Part shown: piece after piece, positions 7,720-19,233 of the stretch | How the letters are laid out: every line of letters begins with the position of its first letter | Numbering within the stretch: position 1 is the stretch's first letter | Source: Microcoleaceae cyanobacterium | Lineage (GTDB): Bacteria > Cyanobacteriota > Cyanobacteriia > Cyanobacteriales > Microcoleaceae | Length of the DNA: 32,000 nucleotides | Assembly: GCA_049649525.1 (NCBI GenBank) | Contig: JBARZE010000026.1 | Span: 40,246-72,245 of the forward strand | Reading direction: 5' to 3' | The notes under the pieces: model-generated | What the model saw: the letters and a program-made list of their open reading frames with translations, nothing else | Told to the model about the DNA's origin: nothing | Databases searched by the model: none | Program-made: the position numbers and the translations under genes

Positions 7720-10455
7720 ATGACTTCATCAACCCCCAACTTACCCAGTCAATATAATCCCTTCACCACAGAAACCAAATGGCAACAATACTGGGAAGAA
7801 CATCAAGTCTTCGTGGCTGACCCGCAACAAGCTGGTGACCCTTACTGTATCATGATTCCGCCGCCGAACGTCACGGGCCGCCTCCACATGGGCCATGCGT
7901 TCAATAATTCCTTAATTGATGCTTTAATTCGCTACCATCGCATGAAAGGCGACAATACCCTCTATTTACCGGGGACAGATCACGCCAGTATTGCAGTACA
8001 AACTATTTTAGAACGACAACTCAAAGAAGACGGTAAAACTCGTTACGATTTAGGTCGAGAAAAGTTCCTTGAAAAAGCTTGGCAATGGCGAGAAGAATCT
8101 GGGGGAACTATTGTTAATCAACTGCGACGTTTAGGGATATCTGCTGACTGGAGTCGGGAACGTTTTACCCTCGATGTTGGATTATCAAATGCCGTCATTG
8201 CCGCGTTTATTCAGTTATATGAAGACGGACTGATTTATCGCGGTCAATACATGGTGAATTGGTGTCCTGCGAGTGAGTCAGCAGTATCGGATTTAGAAGT
8301 TGATAATAAAGATATTAACGGTAATTTGTGGCATTTTCGTTATCCTTTAACTGATGGTAGTGGCTATGTCGAAGTCGCCACCACTCGCCCCGAAACCATG
8401 TTAGGAGATACCGCCGTTGCAGTTAACCCTAAAGATGAACGTTATCAAGATTTAATTGGCAAAACATTAACCCTGCCAATCATGAATCGAGAAATACCCA
8501 TTATTGCCGATGAACACGTCGATCCTGAATTTGGGACGGGATGTGTTAAAGTCACTCCTGCCCACGATCTAAATGATTTTCAAATGGGTCAACGCCATCA
8601 ACTGCCCATGATTAATATTATGAATAAAGATGGGTCATTGAATGAAAATGCAGGAGAGTTTGAAGGACAAGATCGGTTTGTTGCCCGGAAAAATGTCGTC
8701 AAACAATTAGAATCAGATGGGGTACTGGTTAAGGTAGAAGACTATCAACATAGTGTACCTTATAGTGAACGAGGAAAAGTTCCGGTTGAACCGTTATTAT
8801 CCACCCAATGGTTTGTAAAAATACGCCCATTAGCCGATAAAGCATTAGACTGTTTTGACAATCAAAATTCGCCGCAATTTGTCCCAGATCGTTGGGGAAA
8901 AGTGTATCGAGATTGGTTAGTTCGTTTAGAAGATTGGTGTATTTCTCGGCAGTTATGGTGGGGTCATCAAATTCCGGCTTGGTATGCTATTAGTGAAACC
9001 GAGGGAGAGATTACTGATGATACACCTTTTATTGTTGCTAAAACAGCAGAAGAAGCAACAGAAAAAGCGATTGAAAAATACGGTAAAGACGTTCAATTAC
9101 AACAAGATCCAGATGTATTAGACACTTGGTTTTCTTCCGGTTTATGGCCGTTTTCAACCTTAGGATGGCCGGAAAAAACCGCAGATTTAGAGAAATATTA
9201 TCCGACTAATACCCTTTCAACTGGATTTGATATTATCTTTTTCTGGGTTGCCCGGATGACGATGATGGCGGGATATTTAACCGATAAAATGCCCTTTGAA
9301 ACCGTTTATATTCATGGATTAATTCGGGATGAACAAGGCAAGAAAATGTCAAAATCCGCCGGAAATGGAATCGATCCTTTGATATTAATTGAAAAGTACG
9401 GAACCGATGCCTTACGCTACACTTTAATGCGAGAAGTAATAGGGGCAGGGCAAGATATTCGCTTAGAATATGACCGTAAAAAAGATGAATCCCCCTCTGT
9501 AGAAGCCTCCCGGAATTTTACTAATAAAATCTGGAATGCTGCCCGGTTTGTGATGATGAATTTGGAAGGAAAAACACCACAGCAATTAGGAAAGCCTGAG
9601 TTAGATAAATTGGAACTATCTGATAAATGGATATTGTCTCGTTTCCATAAAACAGTACAGCAAACCTGTAATTACATGGAAAATTACGGCGTTGGAGAAG
9701 CTGCCCGCGAACAATATGAGTTTATTTGGGGTGACTTTTGTGACTGGTATTTAGAATTGGTAAAACCGCGTTTCTGGGGAGATGATACGGCTTCAAAAAC
9801 TATCGCCCAACAAGTATTGGCAGAAGTGTTAGAAGGGATATTAAAACTATTACATCCGTTTATGCCTCATATCACCGAAGAAATCTGGCATACGTTAACT
9901 CAAACCGGGGAAGAAGATTGTTTAGCGGTTCAAACTTATCCTCAGTTAAACGAAGCTTTAATAGACTCAGAATTAGAAACAGAATTTGAGTTAATTATTG
10001 CCACTATTCGGACATTACGAAATCTGCGGGCAGATGCGGATATTAAACCGAAGGTAAAAGTACAGGCAATTCTGCAAACAGAAAGCGAAACAGAGCAGAA
10101 TGTATTGACAAAAGGGCAACAATATGTTAAAGACTTATGTAAAGTGGAACAGCTCACCATTACTGATAGTTTACCGGAGAATACGGGTCAAACCATTGTT
10201 GGTGTTTTCGGTACCGTTCAGGCTTTAATTCAGTTAGCCGGAGTCGTCGATATTGACGCTTTAGTTACCCGGACAGAGAAGAAAATCGCTAAAATTGAGA
10301 AAGAAATTCAATCGGTTTCTAAGCGTTTAAATAATAAAAACTTTGTGGAAAAAGCCGATCCAGAAGTGGTTAAAGCTGCGCGAGATAATTTAGCCGAAGC
10401 CGAAAAACAAGCCAGTATTTTACGCGATCGCGCCCAACAATTAAAATCCACGTAG
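7720..10455 (+). CDS. valS: Valine--tRNA ligase
   Basis: 911 aa. Class I HIGH-type motif ([13 protein letters not shown]), KMSKS motif ([10 protein letters not shown]), [14 protein letters not shown], and a C-terminal coiled coil. A HIP1 site lies at 7710-7717 just upstream of the ATG. Confidence 0.95.
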   Translation: MTSSTPNLPSQYNPFTTETKWQQYWEEHQVFVADPQQAGDPYCIMIPPPNVTGRLHMGHAFNNSLIDALIRYHRMKGDNTLYLPGTDHASIAVQTILERQLKEDGKTRYDLGREKFLEKAWQWREESGGTIVNQLRRLGISADWSRERFTLDVGLSNAVIAAFIQLYEDGLIYRGQYMVNWCPASESAVSDLEVDNKDINGNLWHFRYPLTDGSGYVEVATTRPETMLGDTAVAVNPKDERYQDLIGKTLTLPIMNREIPIIADEHVDPEFGTGCVKVTPAHDLNDFQMGQRHQLPMINIMNKDGSLNENAGEFEGQDRFVARKNVVKQLESDGVLVKVEDYQHSVPYSERGKVPVEPLLSTQWFVKIRPLADKALDCFDNQNSPQFVPDRWGKVYRDWLVRLEDWCISRQLWWGHQIPAWYAISETEGEITDDTPFIVAKTAEEATEKAIEKYGKDVQLQQDPDVLDTWFSSGLWPFSTLGWPEKTADLEKYYPTNTLSTGFDIIFFWVARMTMMAGYLTDKMPFETVYIHGLIRDEQGKKMSKSAGNGIDPLILIEKYGTDALRYTLMREVIGAGQDIRLEYDRKKDESPSVEASRNFTNKIWNAARFVMMNLEGKTPQQLGKPELDKLELSDKWILSRFHKTVQQTCNYMENYGVGEAAREQYEFIWGDFCDWYLELVKPRFWGDDTASKTIAQQVLAEVLEGILKLLHPFMPHITEEIWHTLTQTGEEDCLAVQTYPQLNEALIDSELETEFELIIATIRTLRNLRADADIKPKVKVQAILQTESETEQNVLTKGQQYVKDLCKVEQLTITDSLPENTGQTIVGVFGTVQALIQLAGVVDIDALVTRTEKKIAKIEKEIQSVSKRLNNKNFVEKADPEVVKAARDNLAEAEKQASILRDRAQQLKST

Positions 10456-10492
10456 GGGCGCAATGCTTGCGTCCAATGCTTGCTATAATTTA

Positions 10493-11362
10493 TTATAAAA
10501 ATGGGTTAGATATCCTAGAATTAGAAACAGTCACATCTTGCACTAAGCGATCTAATTCCTGCTGCATTTGACTCACCACTTTGTGATAACAAATATCAAC
10601 ATAAGTGCGATCGCGGGATGCTTTATAACCATAACGATCAAATCGAATAGGCGCACAAACCCGAGTATGAATTTGTACAGGTAAGGGAATATTGGGTAAA
10701 GGGCCAATACTGATAATCCAAGGTAAACCTAAATATATTGGGAAAACTTCTGGATCAATTCCGAATAGCCAAGGCATCCCCCATTCATGTAATTGTTTAG
10801 CCTGTTTGTAGAAATCTCCCAGGACAATTAAAGTATCATGACCCCCAGAAGAAATCATCGGAATGATAGGAATATGTTGTTGTAATGCTAACTTAATAAA
10901 GCCTTTTCTTCCCGCAAATTGTATTTTATTTCTTTGAGAATAAGGACGAAAAACATCCTGTGCCCCACCCGGATAAACTAAAACACTCGCCCCTGCTTCT
11001 AAAGCTTTAATTGCCATTTTAGGATGGGCAATAATTGCCCCAGTTTTAACCCCCGCCTCAGCAATGGGAGGACTAATTTTCCAGGCGCTGGGATGCATTA
11101 AACCATAGATTTGACGTTGAGTACCAAAGTGGCGAAACCAATCATAAATCATCATGATCATATCAGGAGAAACCATTCCACCATTATGGGAACCCACCAA
11201 TAAAATTTGTCCATCCGGGATCTGATGCCAGCCATCAGTTTGGACTCGAAAATAGTAGCGGTAAAACCACTCCCACAGCGGCATACAAAATTCAATAAAT
11301 TGAGGATCTCGTTGTTCTAATGACCAACCATTCAAAGGGTTAGACTGTTGTTGATGACTCAT
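10493..11362 (-). CDS. Lysophospholipid/glycerol acyltransferase (LPLAT/PlsC superfamily) family protein
   Basis: 289 aa. LLVGSHNGGMVSPD is an H-containing acyltransferase block and VLVYPGGAQD is an FPEG-like block. Convergent with valS. Confidence 0.6.
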   Translation of the reverse strand: MSHQQQSNPLNGWSLEQRDPQFIEFCMPLWEWFYRYYFRVQTDGWHQIPDGQILLVGSHNGGMVSPDMIMMIYDWFRHFGTQRQIYGLMHPSAWKISPPIAEAGVKTGAIIAHPKMAIKALEAGASVLVYPGGAQDVFRPYSQRNKIQFAGRKGFIKLALQQHIPIIPMISSGGHDTLIVLGDFYKQAKQLHEWGMPWLFGIDPEVFPIYLGLPWIISIGPLPNIPLPVQIHTRVCAPIRFDRYGYKASRDRTYVDICYHKVVSQMQQELDRLVQDVTVSNSRISNPFL

Positions 11363-11522
11363 GTACTTTTAATGATATATTTTCCTATTTTATCCTAAGT
11401 TTCTACCATATATTATCAGAATATAGCAAAGCAACTTAGCTTTAAAAGTATATGATGGCTGTCTCTTTTAGCTTACTTTAGAATAGCGTTAATTCAGATT
11501 AATATGCAGACTGTTAAATATG

Positions 11523-11876
11523 TTAAGGTGTGGGTGGGTTAAGATTACCCTCAAATTTTTCTTTCAATTCTTCTAGTAAATATAAAGCAGCATCTTTATC
11601 ATTATCTTCGATAGCAGCTTGAACATCACTAATCTGTTCTAATAAATTTTCGTTTGTTTCGGGTATAATCGCTTCAAACTGTAACCAATTATAAAGATGA
11701 TAAATTAAGTGAAATGTAATTCCATGACTTAAAAGAGGTTTTGGATTCTGTAAAAAAAACTCTACTTCTACTAACCAATCTAATGCAGCGATAATACCAT
11801 CAACATAAATATGAAATACAGCCGTACTAATCATTTTTTCCGGAGCATGAGGGTATGCAACTTGAAAGGCTTGCAA
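11523..11876 (-). CDS. Hypothetical protein; the true 5' end is uncertain
   Basis: 117-aa ORF from a TTG start. The same frame stays open upstream to ~12030 (…HYVRKRKYHEFIPHSRQQKLEIVKALIERDNIRNQA…) with no canonical start. An ATG at ~11975 (MSENENIT…) lies one frame off. Confidence 0.4.
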   Translation of the reverse strand: MQAFQVAYPHAPEKMISTAVFHIYVDGIIAALDWLVEVEFFLQNPKPLLSHGITFHLIYHLYNWLQFEAIIPETNENLLEQISDVQAAIEDNDKDAALYLLEELKEKFEGNLNPPTP

Positions 11877-12057
11877 CGCTTGATTACGAATATTATCTCG
11901 CTCTATTAAAGCTTTAACAATTTCTAACTTTTGCTGGCGTGAGTGTGGGATGAATTCGTGATATTTTCGTTTTCTGACATAATGCGACTTCCAATAAGAT
12001 GAGAGTACAATACAACAGATCGTACCCTCATTTTCTTAGTATTAAATGGATGAAAGA

Positions 12058-14025
12058 TTATGCACCGCCACGCAATTTTTCCAATACACTCAAATCTTGC
12101 ATTGTTGAAATATCGCCGGTAATTTCTTCACCCGCTGCCAGGTTTCGTAAAAAGCGCCGTATAATTTTACCAGACCGAGTTTTGGGCAGGTCATCGGTAA
12201 AGCGAATTTCACCCGGACGGGCGATAGGCCCAATTTCTTGCACCACGTGTTGTTTCAGGGCTTTATTTAATTCCTCACTGGCTGTGTCGTCCCCTTCTAA
12301 CGTCACAAAAGCAACAATTTCTTCCCCTTTAATGTCATCAGGTCTGCCCACCACAGCCGCTTCTGCAACAGCCGGATGAGACACTAACGCCGACTCAATT
12401 TCCATTGTCCCGAGGCGGTGTCCGGCCACATTAATCACATCATCGACGCGACCCATTACCCAGAAATAGCCATCTTGGTCTCTGTGGGCACCATCTCCGG
12501 CAAAATAAACATAATTGCCATCTTTGGGCGGAATAAACTCCCAATAAGTGCGACGATACCGTTCTGGGTTACCATAAACTGTTCGCATCATACTCGGCCA
12601 GGGATGCTTAATGACTAAATAGCCGCCGTCATTGCCTTCAACGGGGTTACCTTCAGCGTCCACAATATCAGCAATAATGCCAGGAAAAGGTAACGTCGCC
12701 GAACCAGGTTTTGTGGGGGTTGCACCGGGTAAGGGGGTTAACATAAAGCCACCTGTTTCCGTTTGCCACCAGGTATCGACAATCGGGCAACGTTCGCCAC
12801 CAATGACGCGATGATACCACATCCAAGCTTCCGGGTTAATTGGTTCTCCCACCGTTCCCAATAGCCGCAGAGAGGATAAATTACGGGCGTTGGGATGTTT
12901 GTCGCCCATTTTCATCAATGCCCGAATAGCGGTGGGGGCGGTATAAAATATTGTTACCCCTTGTTTTTCCACTACATCCCATAAACAGCCAGGGTTAGAC
13001 GGACGCGGGGCACTTTCATACATCACCGTCGTTGCCCCATTCGATAACGGCCCGTAGACAATATAACTATGGCCTGTAATCCAGCCTACATCAGCAGTAC
13101 ACCAAAATACATCCGTATCTTGCAAGTCAAATGTCCATTTATTGGTAACGTGAGTATAAAGGTTATAACCGCCTGTGGTATGAACCACCCCTTTCGGCTT
13201 ACCTGTTGTACCACTTGTATAAAGGATAAATAACATATCCTCACTATCCATCGGTTCGGCGGGACAGTCGGCGGAGGCATCGGCTTTCAATTCATGCCAC
13301 CAATGATCTCGCCCGGTTTCCATGTTAATATCTTGACCCGTGCGTTTAACAGTTAAGACATTCTCCACAGAAGACGCGCCTAATTCTATCGCTTTATCCA
13401 CTTGATCTTTCAGGGGAACAATAGCATCTTTGCGCCAACCACCATCAGCCGTAATAACCAGTTTTGCTTCAGCATCAACTAAGCGATCTTTTAACGCTTC
13501 GGCACTAAACCCACCAAATACAACGGTATGGGGCGCACCAATTCGGGCACAAGCGAGCATTGCGATCGCCGCTTCTGGTATCATCGGCATATAAATTCCA
13601 ATGCGATCGCCTTTTTGCGCCCCTAACTGCTTCAGGACATTCGCCATTTGACAAACTTCTCGATGCAGTTGAGCATAAGTTAAAGTGCGAGAGTCTCCCG
13701 GTTCCCCTTCCCAAATTAAAGCGGCTTTGTTGCGTCGCCAGGTGGTGAGATGACGGTCTAAACAGTTGTAGGAAATATTAATTTTACCACCGACAAACCA
13801 CTTTGCAGTAGGCGGTTGCCAGTCGAGAATAGTATCCCATTTCTCAAACCAATGCAATTCTTTCTCTGCTAATTCTGCCCAAAACGCTTCCGGGTCAGCT
13901 TTGGCTTTGTCGTAAAGTTGTTGATATTGCTCTAAACTTTGAATATGGGCATTTTGCGAGAACTCAGTCGGCGGATTAAACAGGCGTTTCTCTTGTAAAA
14001 TCGATTCAATGGTGGGTTGTGACAT
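12058..14025 (-). CDS. acs: Acetyl-CoA synthetase (acetate--CoA ligase)
   Basis: AMP-binding signature [19 protein letters not shown], and a C-terminal [11 protein letters not shown]. The N-terminus [19 protein letters not shown] is typical of Acs, so I prefer the internal ATG at 14025 over the track start at 14058. Confidence 0.93.
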   Translation of the reverse strand: MSQPTIESILQEKRLFNPPTEFSQNAHIQSLEQYQQLYDKAKADPEAFWAELAEKELHWFEKWDTILDWQPPTAKWFVGGKINISYNCLDRHLTTWRRNKAALIWEGEPGDSRTLTYAQLHREVCQMANVLKQLGAQKGDRIGIYMPMIPEAAIAMLACARIGAPHTVVFGGFSAEALKDRLVDAEAKLVITADGGWRKDAIVPLKDQVDKAIELGASSVENVLTVKRTGQDINMETGRDHWWHELKADASADCPAEPMDSEDMLFILYTSGTTGKPKGVVHTTGGYNLYTHVTNKWTFDLQDTDVFWCTADVGWITGHSYIVYGPLSNGATTVMYESAPRPSNPGCLWDVVEKQGVTIFYTAPTAIRALMKMGDKHPNARNLSSLRLLGTVGEPINPEAWMWYHRVIGGERCPIVDTWWQTETGGFMLTPLPGATPTKPGSATLPFPGIIADIVDAEGNPVEGNDGGYLVIKHPWPSMMRTVYGNPERYRRTYWEFIPPKDGNYVYFAGDGAHRDQDGYFWVMGRVDDVINVAGHRLGTMEIESALVSHPAVAEAAVVGRPDDIKGEEIVAFVTLEGDDTASEELNKALKQHVVQEIGPIARPGEIRFTDDLPKTRSGKIIRRFLRNLAAGEEITGDISTMQDLSVLEKLRGGA

Positions 14026-14221
14026 TGTTGCTAATTGTAACTTTAGACACGATTTCAATTATCTCTACATTTTGTCTTGAAAGCGGGTTACAGAATCTTT
14101 AGTTTATTTAAAAAATGCGTAGCAGCAGTATTCCAGTCTAGAAAATAATCTTTAAGAATTTGGAATTGAGTTCATATAATGGTGAAGTATAAAGTATCAT
14201 CCTTAATCGCTACCTGAACTG

Positions 14222-16265
14222 ATGGAACCCATAACTGCTACTGCTATTATTACCCTTCTCTCTACCAAATTTATTGAAAAAGCCACTGACAAGCTGTCAG
14301 AAGGGGGAGTACAAAAACTCAATGATCTGCGTCAACTGATATGGCAGAAAGTACGAGGACAGGCAAAAGTAGAAAACGCCCTGAAACAAGTTGAACAAGG
14401 TTCAGAGTCAGAATTAGACGTTCAGCCTGTAGCTGCATTTCTCGAAACCGTAATGACGCGATCGCCTGAATTTGCCCAACAAGTTCAAACCCTTGCCCAG
14501 GAAATTAACCAAGAAATTAATATTGATATGCCCAACGCTAAAGGTGTTCAGAATGTCTTCGGTGGTGAAGCTTATCAGTCTATTAAAAATCAAGGGCCTA
14601 CCTTTCATGGTAGTAATCATACCATCACTTTTAATTGACTAAACTCGTCCGAACCGGATCGGACAAAGTTAACTCCCCCTTATGAAAACTTAGGGATACG
14701 CGGTATTGCTGAACGCGATAAATTTGTTGGACGCGATTCTCTTGACAGAGAGGCTACGCCAACGCACACTCGTAGATCTTCATCAATTATTGCAGCAAAA
14801 TACCCAAGTTGCGATCACAGCAGCGGTTATTGGTATGGGCGGAGTAGGTAAAACAGAACTTGCTATTCAATACGCCCGTCAACACCTGGAAAATACTTAT
14901 ACAGGCGGCGTATGTTTCCTGACTGGCAATAGTTTTATCTTGGAGTTAATTCAATTTGCCCGTCCTCGCTTCTTCCCGAAGATGGACTTTAGCGGCTTTT
15001 CGGAAAAAGAACAATTAGACTATTGCTGGACACATTGGGCGGAAGGGGAAGTCTTGTTAATTGTAGATGATGTCACAAACTACAAACAACAGGTTAAACC
15101 TTATTTACCCAGTTCTCCTCGGTTTAAAATATTAGTGACCACGCGAGAACAGATCTCTAACGTTACTCCTCTCAATTTAGAAGTTCTGCATTCCGATGAT
15201 GCCTTAAAATTACTTGAGTTTATCATAGGGAAAAATCGCATCGACGCAGAAGCCGAAACTGCAAAAGAACTCTGTCAATGGTTAGGTTATTTACCGTTAG
15301 GCTTAGAATTAGTCGGGCAATATTTAGCAGAAGATGAAGATCTGTCCTTGGCAAAGATGCTGCAACGCCTGCAACGTAAACGCCTACAACATTCTTCCCT
15401 AAAAGATGCAGATACAGCAGAAACCGCAAAATTAGGAGTTGCCGCAGCCTTTGAATTAAGCTGGGAACGGTTGCAACAACAACCCGAAACGCAACAATTA
15501 GGATGTTTATTATCCCTATTTTCTCCCGATGCAATATTGTGGGAATTAGTAGAAGCAGTATATCTCTATTGGCAAGGAGAAGATATTGATCTCGAAGATA
15601 TTGAAGATAGTAGACGCAAATTAGTTAAACTCAGCCTATTTCAACGAAGCAAAGAGAAAACCTATCGCCTGCATCAACTGCTACGGGAGTTTTTCCGCGA
15701 CAAACTGGAAGAACGAGAAGATGCAGCGGCAATAAAACAAGCTTTTGTCACCACAATGGTTTATATTGCCCGTCAAATTCCTCAAGATATTACCACGCAA
15801 CAAGTTAAATGGGTTGAACCCTTTACTAAACATATTGAAGAAGTAGCTAATAGTTTCACTGAGTTGTTACCTAATAAAGATTTAATTGCAATATTTACTC
15901 CTTTAGGTTGGTTTTATCAAGATCAAACCTTGTATTCTGAAGCTGAACTATGGCTGAAGAAAGGGGTAGAGATCATAAAAAGCCGTTTCGGAGAAGAACA
16001 CAATCACGTTGCCCTTAGCCTGAATAACTTAGCTCATATTTATCACTCTCAAGCACGTTACAGGGAAGCTGAACCTTTGTTTCAACAGGCTTTAGAAATG
16101 TATCAACGGCTATTTGGAGCATATCATCCCGATGTTGCCACCAGCCTGAATAATTTAGCTCATATTTATCACTCTCAAGCACGTTACAGTGAAGCTGAAC
16201 CGTTGTTTGAAGATGCTTTAGAAATGTATCAACGGCTATTTCAAGCAGACCATCCTAAATCTTGA
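14222..16265 (+). pseudogene. NLR-like STAND gene (helical N-terminal domain, NB-ARC, kinesin-light-chain-type TPRs) disrupted by an in-frame TGA and a frameshift, and truncated at the 3' end
   Basis: ORF 14222-14638 ends at TGA 14636-14638. The same frame continues LNSSEPDRTKLTPPYENLGIRGIAERDKFVGRDS with no start codon. The NB-ARC body (LHQLLQQNTQVAITAAVIGMGGVGKTELA, LLIVDDV, ILVTTR) is one frame over, so the shift lies between ~14740 and ~14775. TPR units are LNNLAHIYHSQARYREAEPLFQQALEMYQRLFG, present twice. The last unit breaks at HPK (~16258). Confidence 0.75.
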
Positions 16266-17147
16266 GGACGTGCGAAGAAGTAGAAGTTTTTCTACTTCCT
16301 GGGAAATGGAATTTGAGGAGGAGAAATCTTTTTTGATGTCTGATAATCCGCTTTGTTCAGATATTTCAACTTGTTCTAGGGTGGCAAAAATCCGCACTTG
16401 GTCGGGTTCGGCTAATGGGGCTGTATTAAAATTAATAAATAATTTTTCTTGAGCAATCAAACTGTTAATTTTATCAGTAGTTATTTCTGATTGAGTTAAT
16501 AGTAATTGGGTATAACTTATTCCGGGCTTGGCTTTAACTAATGATAATATGACTGCTTCTAGAGTATTGTTTTCGTCTAAATTTTGTCTTTGAAAATAGG
16601 GTTCTAACCATTGATAATTTCTTAACCGAATGGTATTGGATTCGAGGTCTGTTCTGATATAATAATTAAGTCCGTATTTTTGAGCGTATTCTTCTCCTGG
16701 TGGACAATGCCAATTTCCCGTTTCATTTTGGAGATAGCGGTGGGGAAGAGGGTTGTGCTTTTTTGATTAATTCATTAATGGGTTTAAATTCTTCCCATCT
16801 GGCTTCTGTTAATCCTATTACGAAAAAATCAGGGGTATGTGCTGTTCGTACTCTTCGACCACTTTTGGAAATGTAATTTAATTCTATTGGTGGCGGTTGG
16901 TCGTAATATTCTAAAACTTCGTGATTATGCTCTAATTTGTCGATGATATGTGCTAATTCGCCCCGATGGGATTCAAACTGAATAGTTTGACCCATTTTTT
17001 CACTACAATATTTCCCACAAACGTTGCCGTAATTCCCTTGTACTCTCCGCGATGGTGGCAGGCGCGAATTTGAGTGATTAGCTGACGGGTAGCTTGCGGT
17101 AGTTGTAGTTGGCTACACCATTGCTCAAATTCTTCTTCTGTGAGCAT
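16260..17147 (-). pseudogene. tnsA: TnsA-like (Tn7-family endonuclease subunit) gene remnant with at least two frameshifts
   Basis: Three reverse-strand pieces. (1) MLTEEEFEQWCSQLQLPQATRQLITQIRA. (2) After a shift at ~17055-17065, PPSRRVQGNYGNVCGKYCSEKMGQTIQFESHRGELAHIIDKLEHNHEVLEYYDQPPPIELNYISKSGRRVRTAHTPDFFV. (3) After a shift at ~16745, RYLQNETGNWHCPPGEEYAQKYGLNYYIRTDLESNTIRLRNYQWLEPYF. No tnsB or tnsC follows. Confidence 0.65.
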
Positions 17148-17190
17148 TGATTTGTAGTTTTATTTTCTTTCTGAATTTTACTGTAAAAGT

Positions 17191-17329
17191 GTCCACTTTC
17201 TTCTTCCATTTTAGAATGATGGCCACTTTCTTGTTCCAAATTGGCTCTAACTTTATTTCTTCTTTAACGATGGAATCAGTCTTTCGGCTTTTAACCTGGC
17301 CAATATCTTTTTCCAAACCTGGCCAATAT
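17191..17329. repeat. Two pairs of direct repeats immediately 5' of the tnsA-like remnant (possible transposase-binding or operator sites)
   Basis: gtccactttcttcttcca (17191) and ggccactttcttgttcca (17221) are 30 nt apart. aacctggccaatat occurs at 17293-17306 and 17316-17329, 23 nt apart. Confidence 0.5.
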
Positions 17330-17334
17330 TTTCT

Positions 17335-17581
17335 TCAAATCACACGTTGCGGCACGCAGTAGCGTGATTGAGTCGTAGTATCTGCTAACTGTTCGGTAAC
17401 AATTGCTTCAACCCACACCTTGAGTTCACCGTTAAGTTCTGCTGGCTCATCAAAGAACTGTTTAATGATTTCAACTTCGGGCAGCACTCTCGCTCAGTTT
17501 CTGCTGTTTCATGTATTGTCTGAGTTGCTTGTGATATTTCGGGGGTAGGTAGGTAACAGCTCTAATATTCTTGGTGGTCAT
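17335..17581 (-). pseudogene. Small ribbon-helix-helix-like gene with one frameshift
   Basis: Reverse translation from ATG 17581 gives MTTKNIRAVTYLPPKYHKQLRQYMKQQKLSESAARS*. Another frame then continues EVEIIKQFFDEPAELNGELKVWVEAIVTEQLADTT…*. The palindrome gtatgc-N8-gcatac at ~17628-17647 lies upstream. Confidence 0.3.
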
Positions 17582-17866
17582 GGGTGCTGATAATATGCTA
17601 CTTACAACATACTATAGCTAATATTAGGTATGCTGTATATGGCATACTTTTTTCCAAGCGTAGAACAAGAATTCACCGAAAATCTCCGGCTCTAATAGCC
17701 TTAGCATCAACTTAAACTTAAAATTGTTACGCTCATAGCGGCACGCTACAGAATCATGCGCTTGCTACGCCAACCACACCTGCGTAAGTTGCAAAAGTGC
17801 GAACCACCAACACGCAGGTTGAAATTGTAAGGATGTTCTACCATAAGCATTGATTGCTACTTTTAT

Positions 17867-19226
17867 ATGAAAAATACGATTATGACCAATACCGTTAAAA
17901 AAGCATCTTCTTTACCTCCAGGAAACTTAGGTCTACCTCTCATTGGCGAGTCTATCCCATTCTTCAACGATTCAAATTTTATTGATAAGCGTCAAAAAAA
18001 GTACGGAAAGATTTTCAAAACTAATATTTTTACTCGCCCTACCATAGTCATGATAGGCTCCGAAGCCAACCGATTTTTATTTACCAACGAAAATAAATAT
18101 TTTTCTGCGACTTGGCCTGCTAGTACTAAAACTTTGTTAGGAAAAAATTCTCTATCTGTGATAGGAGGAGCTATGCACACTCAACGTCGTCAGCTCATGT
18201 TTGAAGCTTTCAAACCTAGAGCATTAGCTAGCTATCTACCCACAATAGAAGCTCTGACAACTCGTGATCTCGAAAAATGGACACGCATGGGGACTTTAAC
18301 CTGGTATCCCGAATTGAGAAATTATACTTTCGATATTGCAAGCAAGTTATTCGTCGGTAAAGATGGGGGGTCGCAAACAGTTTTAGGAGAGCTATTTGAG
18401 GAGTGGTGTAATGGCTTATTTACTCTTCCCATACGTCTTCCTTGGACGAAATTTAGTAAAGCTTTACGGGCGTCGCACCCTAATGCTAGAAGAAATTGAA
18501 AAAATTATCTTGAAGCGTCAGAAAGAAAAAGATTTAGGGGAAGATGCTTTAGGAATTTTATTGCAAGCTAAAGACGAAGAAGGAAATAGTTTATCTTTAG
18601 AGGAACTCAAAGACCAAGTACTTCTTTTATTATTTGCAGGTCACGAAACTCTTACGTCTGCTTTAGTTTCTTTTTGTCTATTGATGGCGCAACATAGAGA
18701 AATATTCACTCACATTTGTACAGAGCAAAATCGACTAGGAATAGACAAACCACTCAACCTCGATAATTTAAAAGAAATGGTTTATTTAGAGCAAGTTCTC
18801 AAAGAAGTATTGCGTTTCATTCCTCCAGTTGGTGGTGGTTTTCGAGAAGTCATAGAAGATTGCGAGTTTAATGGTTATTCAATTCCTAAAGGTTGGGTGG
18901 TGCAATATGTGGTGGGAAAAACTCATCAAGATAGAGAAGTTTATCAACTTCCAGAAGAATTTGACCCCGAGCGCTTCAGTCTAGAAAGAGCAGAAAATAA
19001 AAACAAAATCTTTAGTCATATACCTTTTGGTGGTGGCGCTAGAGAGTGTTTGGGTAAAGAATTTGCTCGGTTGGAAATGAAAGTTTTTGCTGCTATGTTG
19101 GCACGTCATTATGAATGGGAACTTCTTGCAGACCAAGACTTAACAATGGGTGCAAGTATTACTCCACATCCCCGTGATGGTTTACAAGTAAGTTTTAAAA
19201 AGCAGCAGTGTTCAGCTTCACAGTAG
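17867..19226 (+). pseudogene. Cytochrome P450 (CYP120-like) split by a frameshift near 18470
   Basis: Heme-thiolate motif FGGGARECLGKEFARLE, I-helix LLFAGHETLTSA, and an N-terminal LPPGNLGLPLIGES. ORFs 17867-18499 and 18396-19226 overlap. The sense switches between …WTKFSKALRA and RRTLMLEEIEKIILKRQ. Confidence 0.85.
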
Positions 19227-19233
19227 CAGATTT

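Noticed and set aside
9942-10160. Minus-strand ORF inside valS.
   Set aside because: It is antisense to a confidently identified housekeeping gene.
10456-10492. Direct repeat caatgcttgc (two copies) and a weak hairpin between the convergent valS and acyltransferase genes, considered as a possible bidirectional terminator.
   Set aside because: The stem is short and imperfect with no clear U-tract, which is not enough to call.
11999-13748. ORFs within acs: plus-strand 11999-12379, 12418-12618, 12632-12814 and 13560-13748, and off-frame minus-strand 13086-13280 and 13505-13714.
   Set aside because: They are antisense or off-frame to the acs CDS, which has complete family motifs.
14414-15534. 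Minus-strand ORFs 14414-14620 and 15223-15534.
   Set aside because: They are antisense to the NLR-like gene, which has clear P-loop and TPR motifs.
16236-17362. Separate small ORFs 16236-16460, 16270-16452, 16723-16995, 16953-17147, 17125-17316 and 17147-17362.
   Set aside because: The minus-strand ORFs 16236-16460, 16723-16995 and 16953-17147 are fragments of one frameshifted tnsA-like gene, not independent genes. ORFs 16270-16452 and 17147-17362 (plus strand) and 17125-17316 (minus strand) are low-complexity chance ORFs over that remnant and its upstream repeat region.
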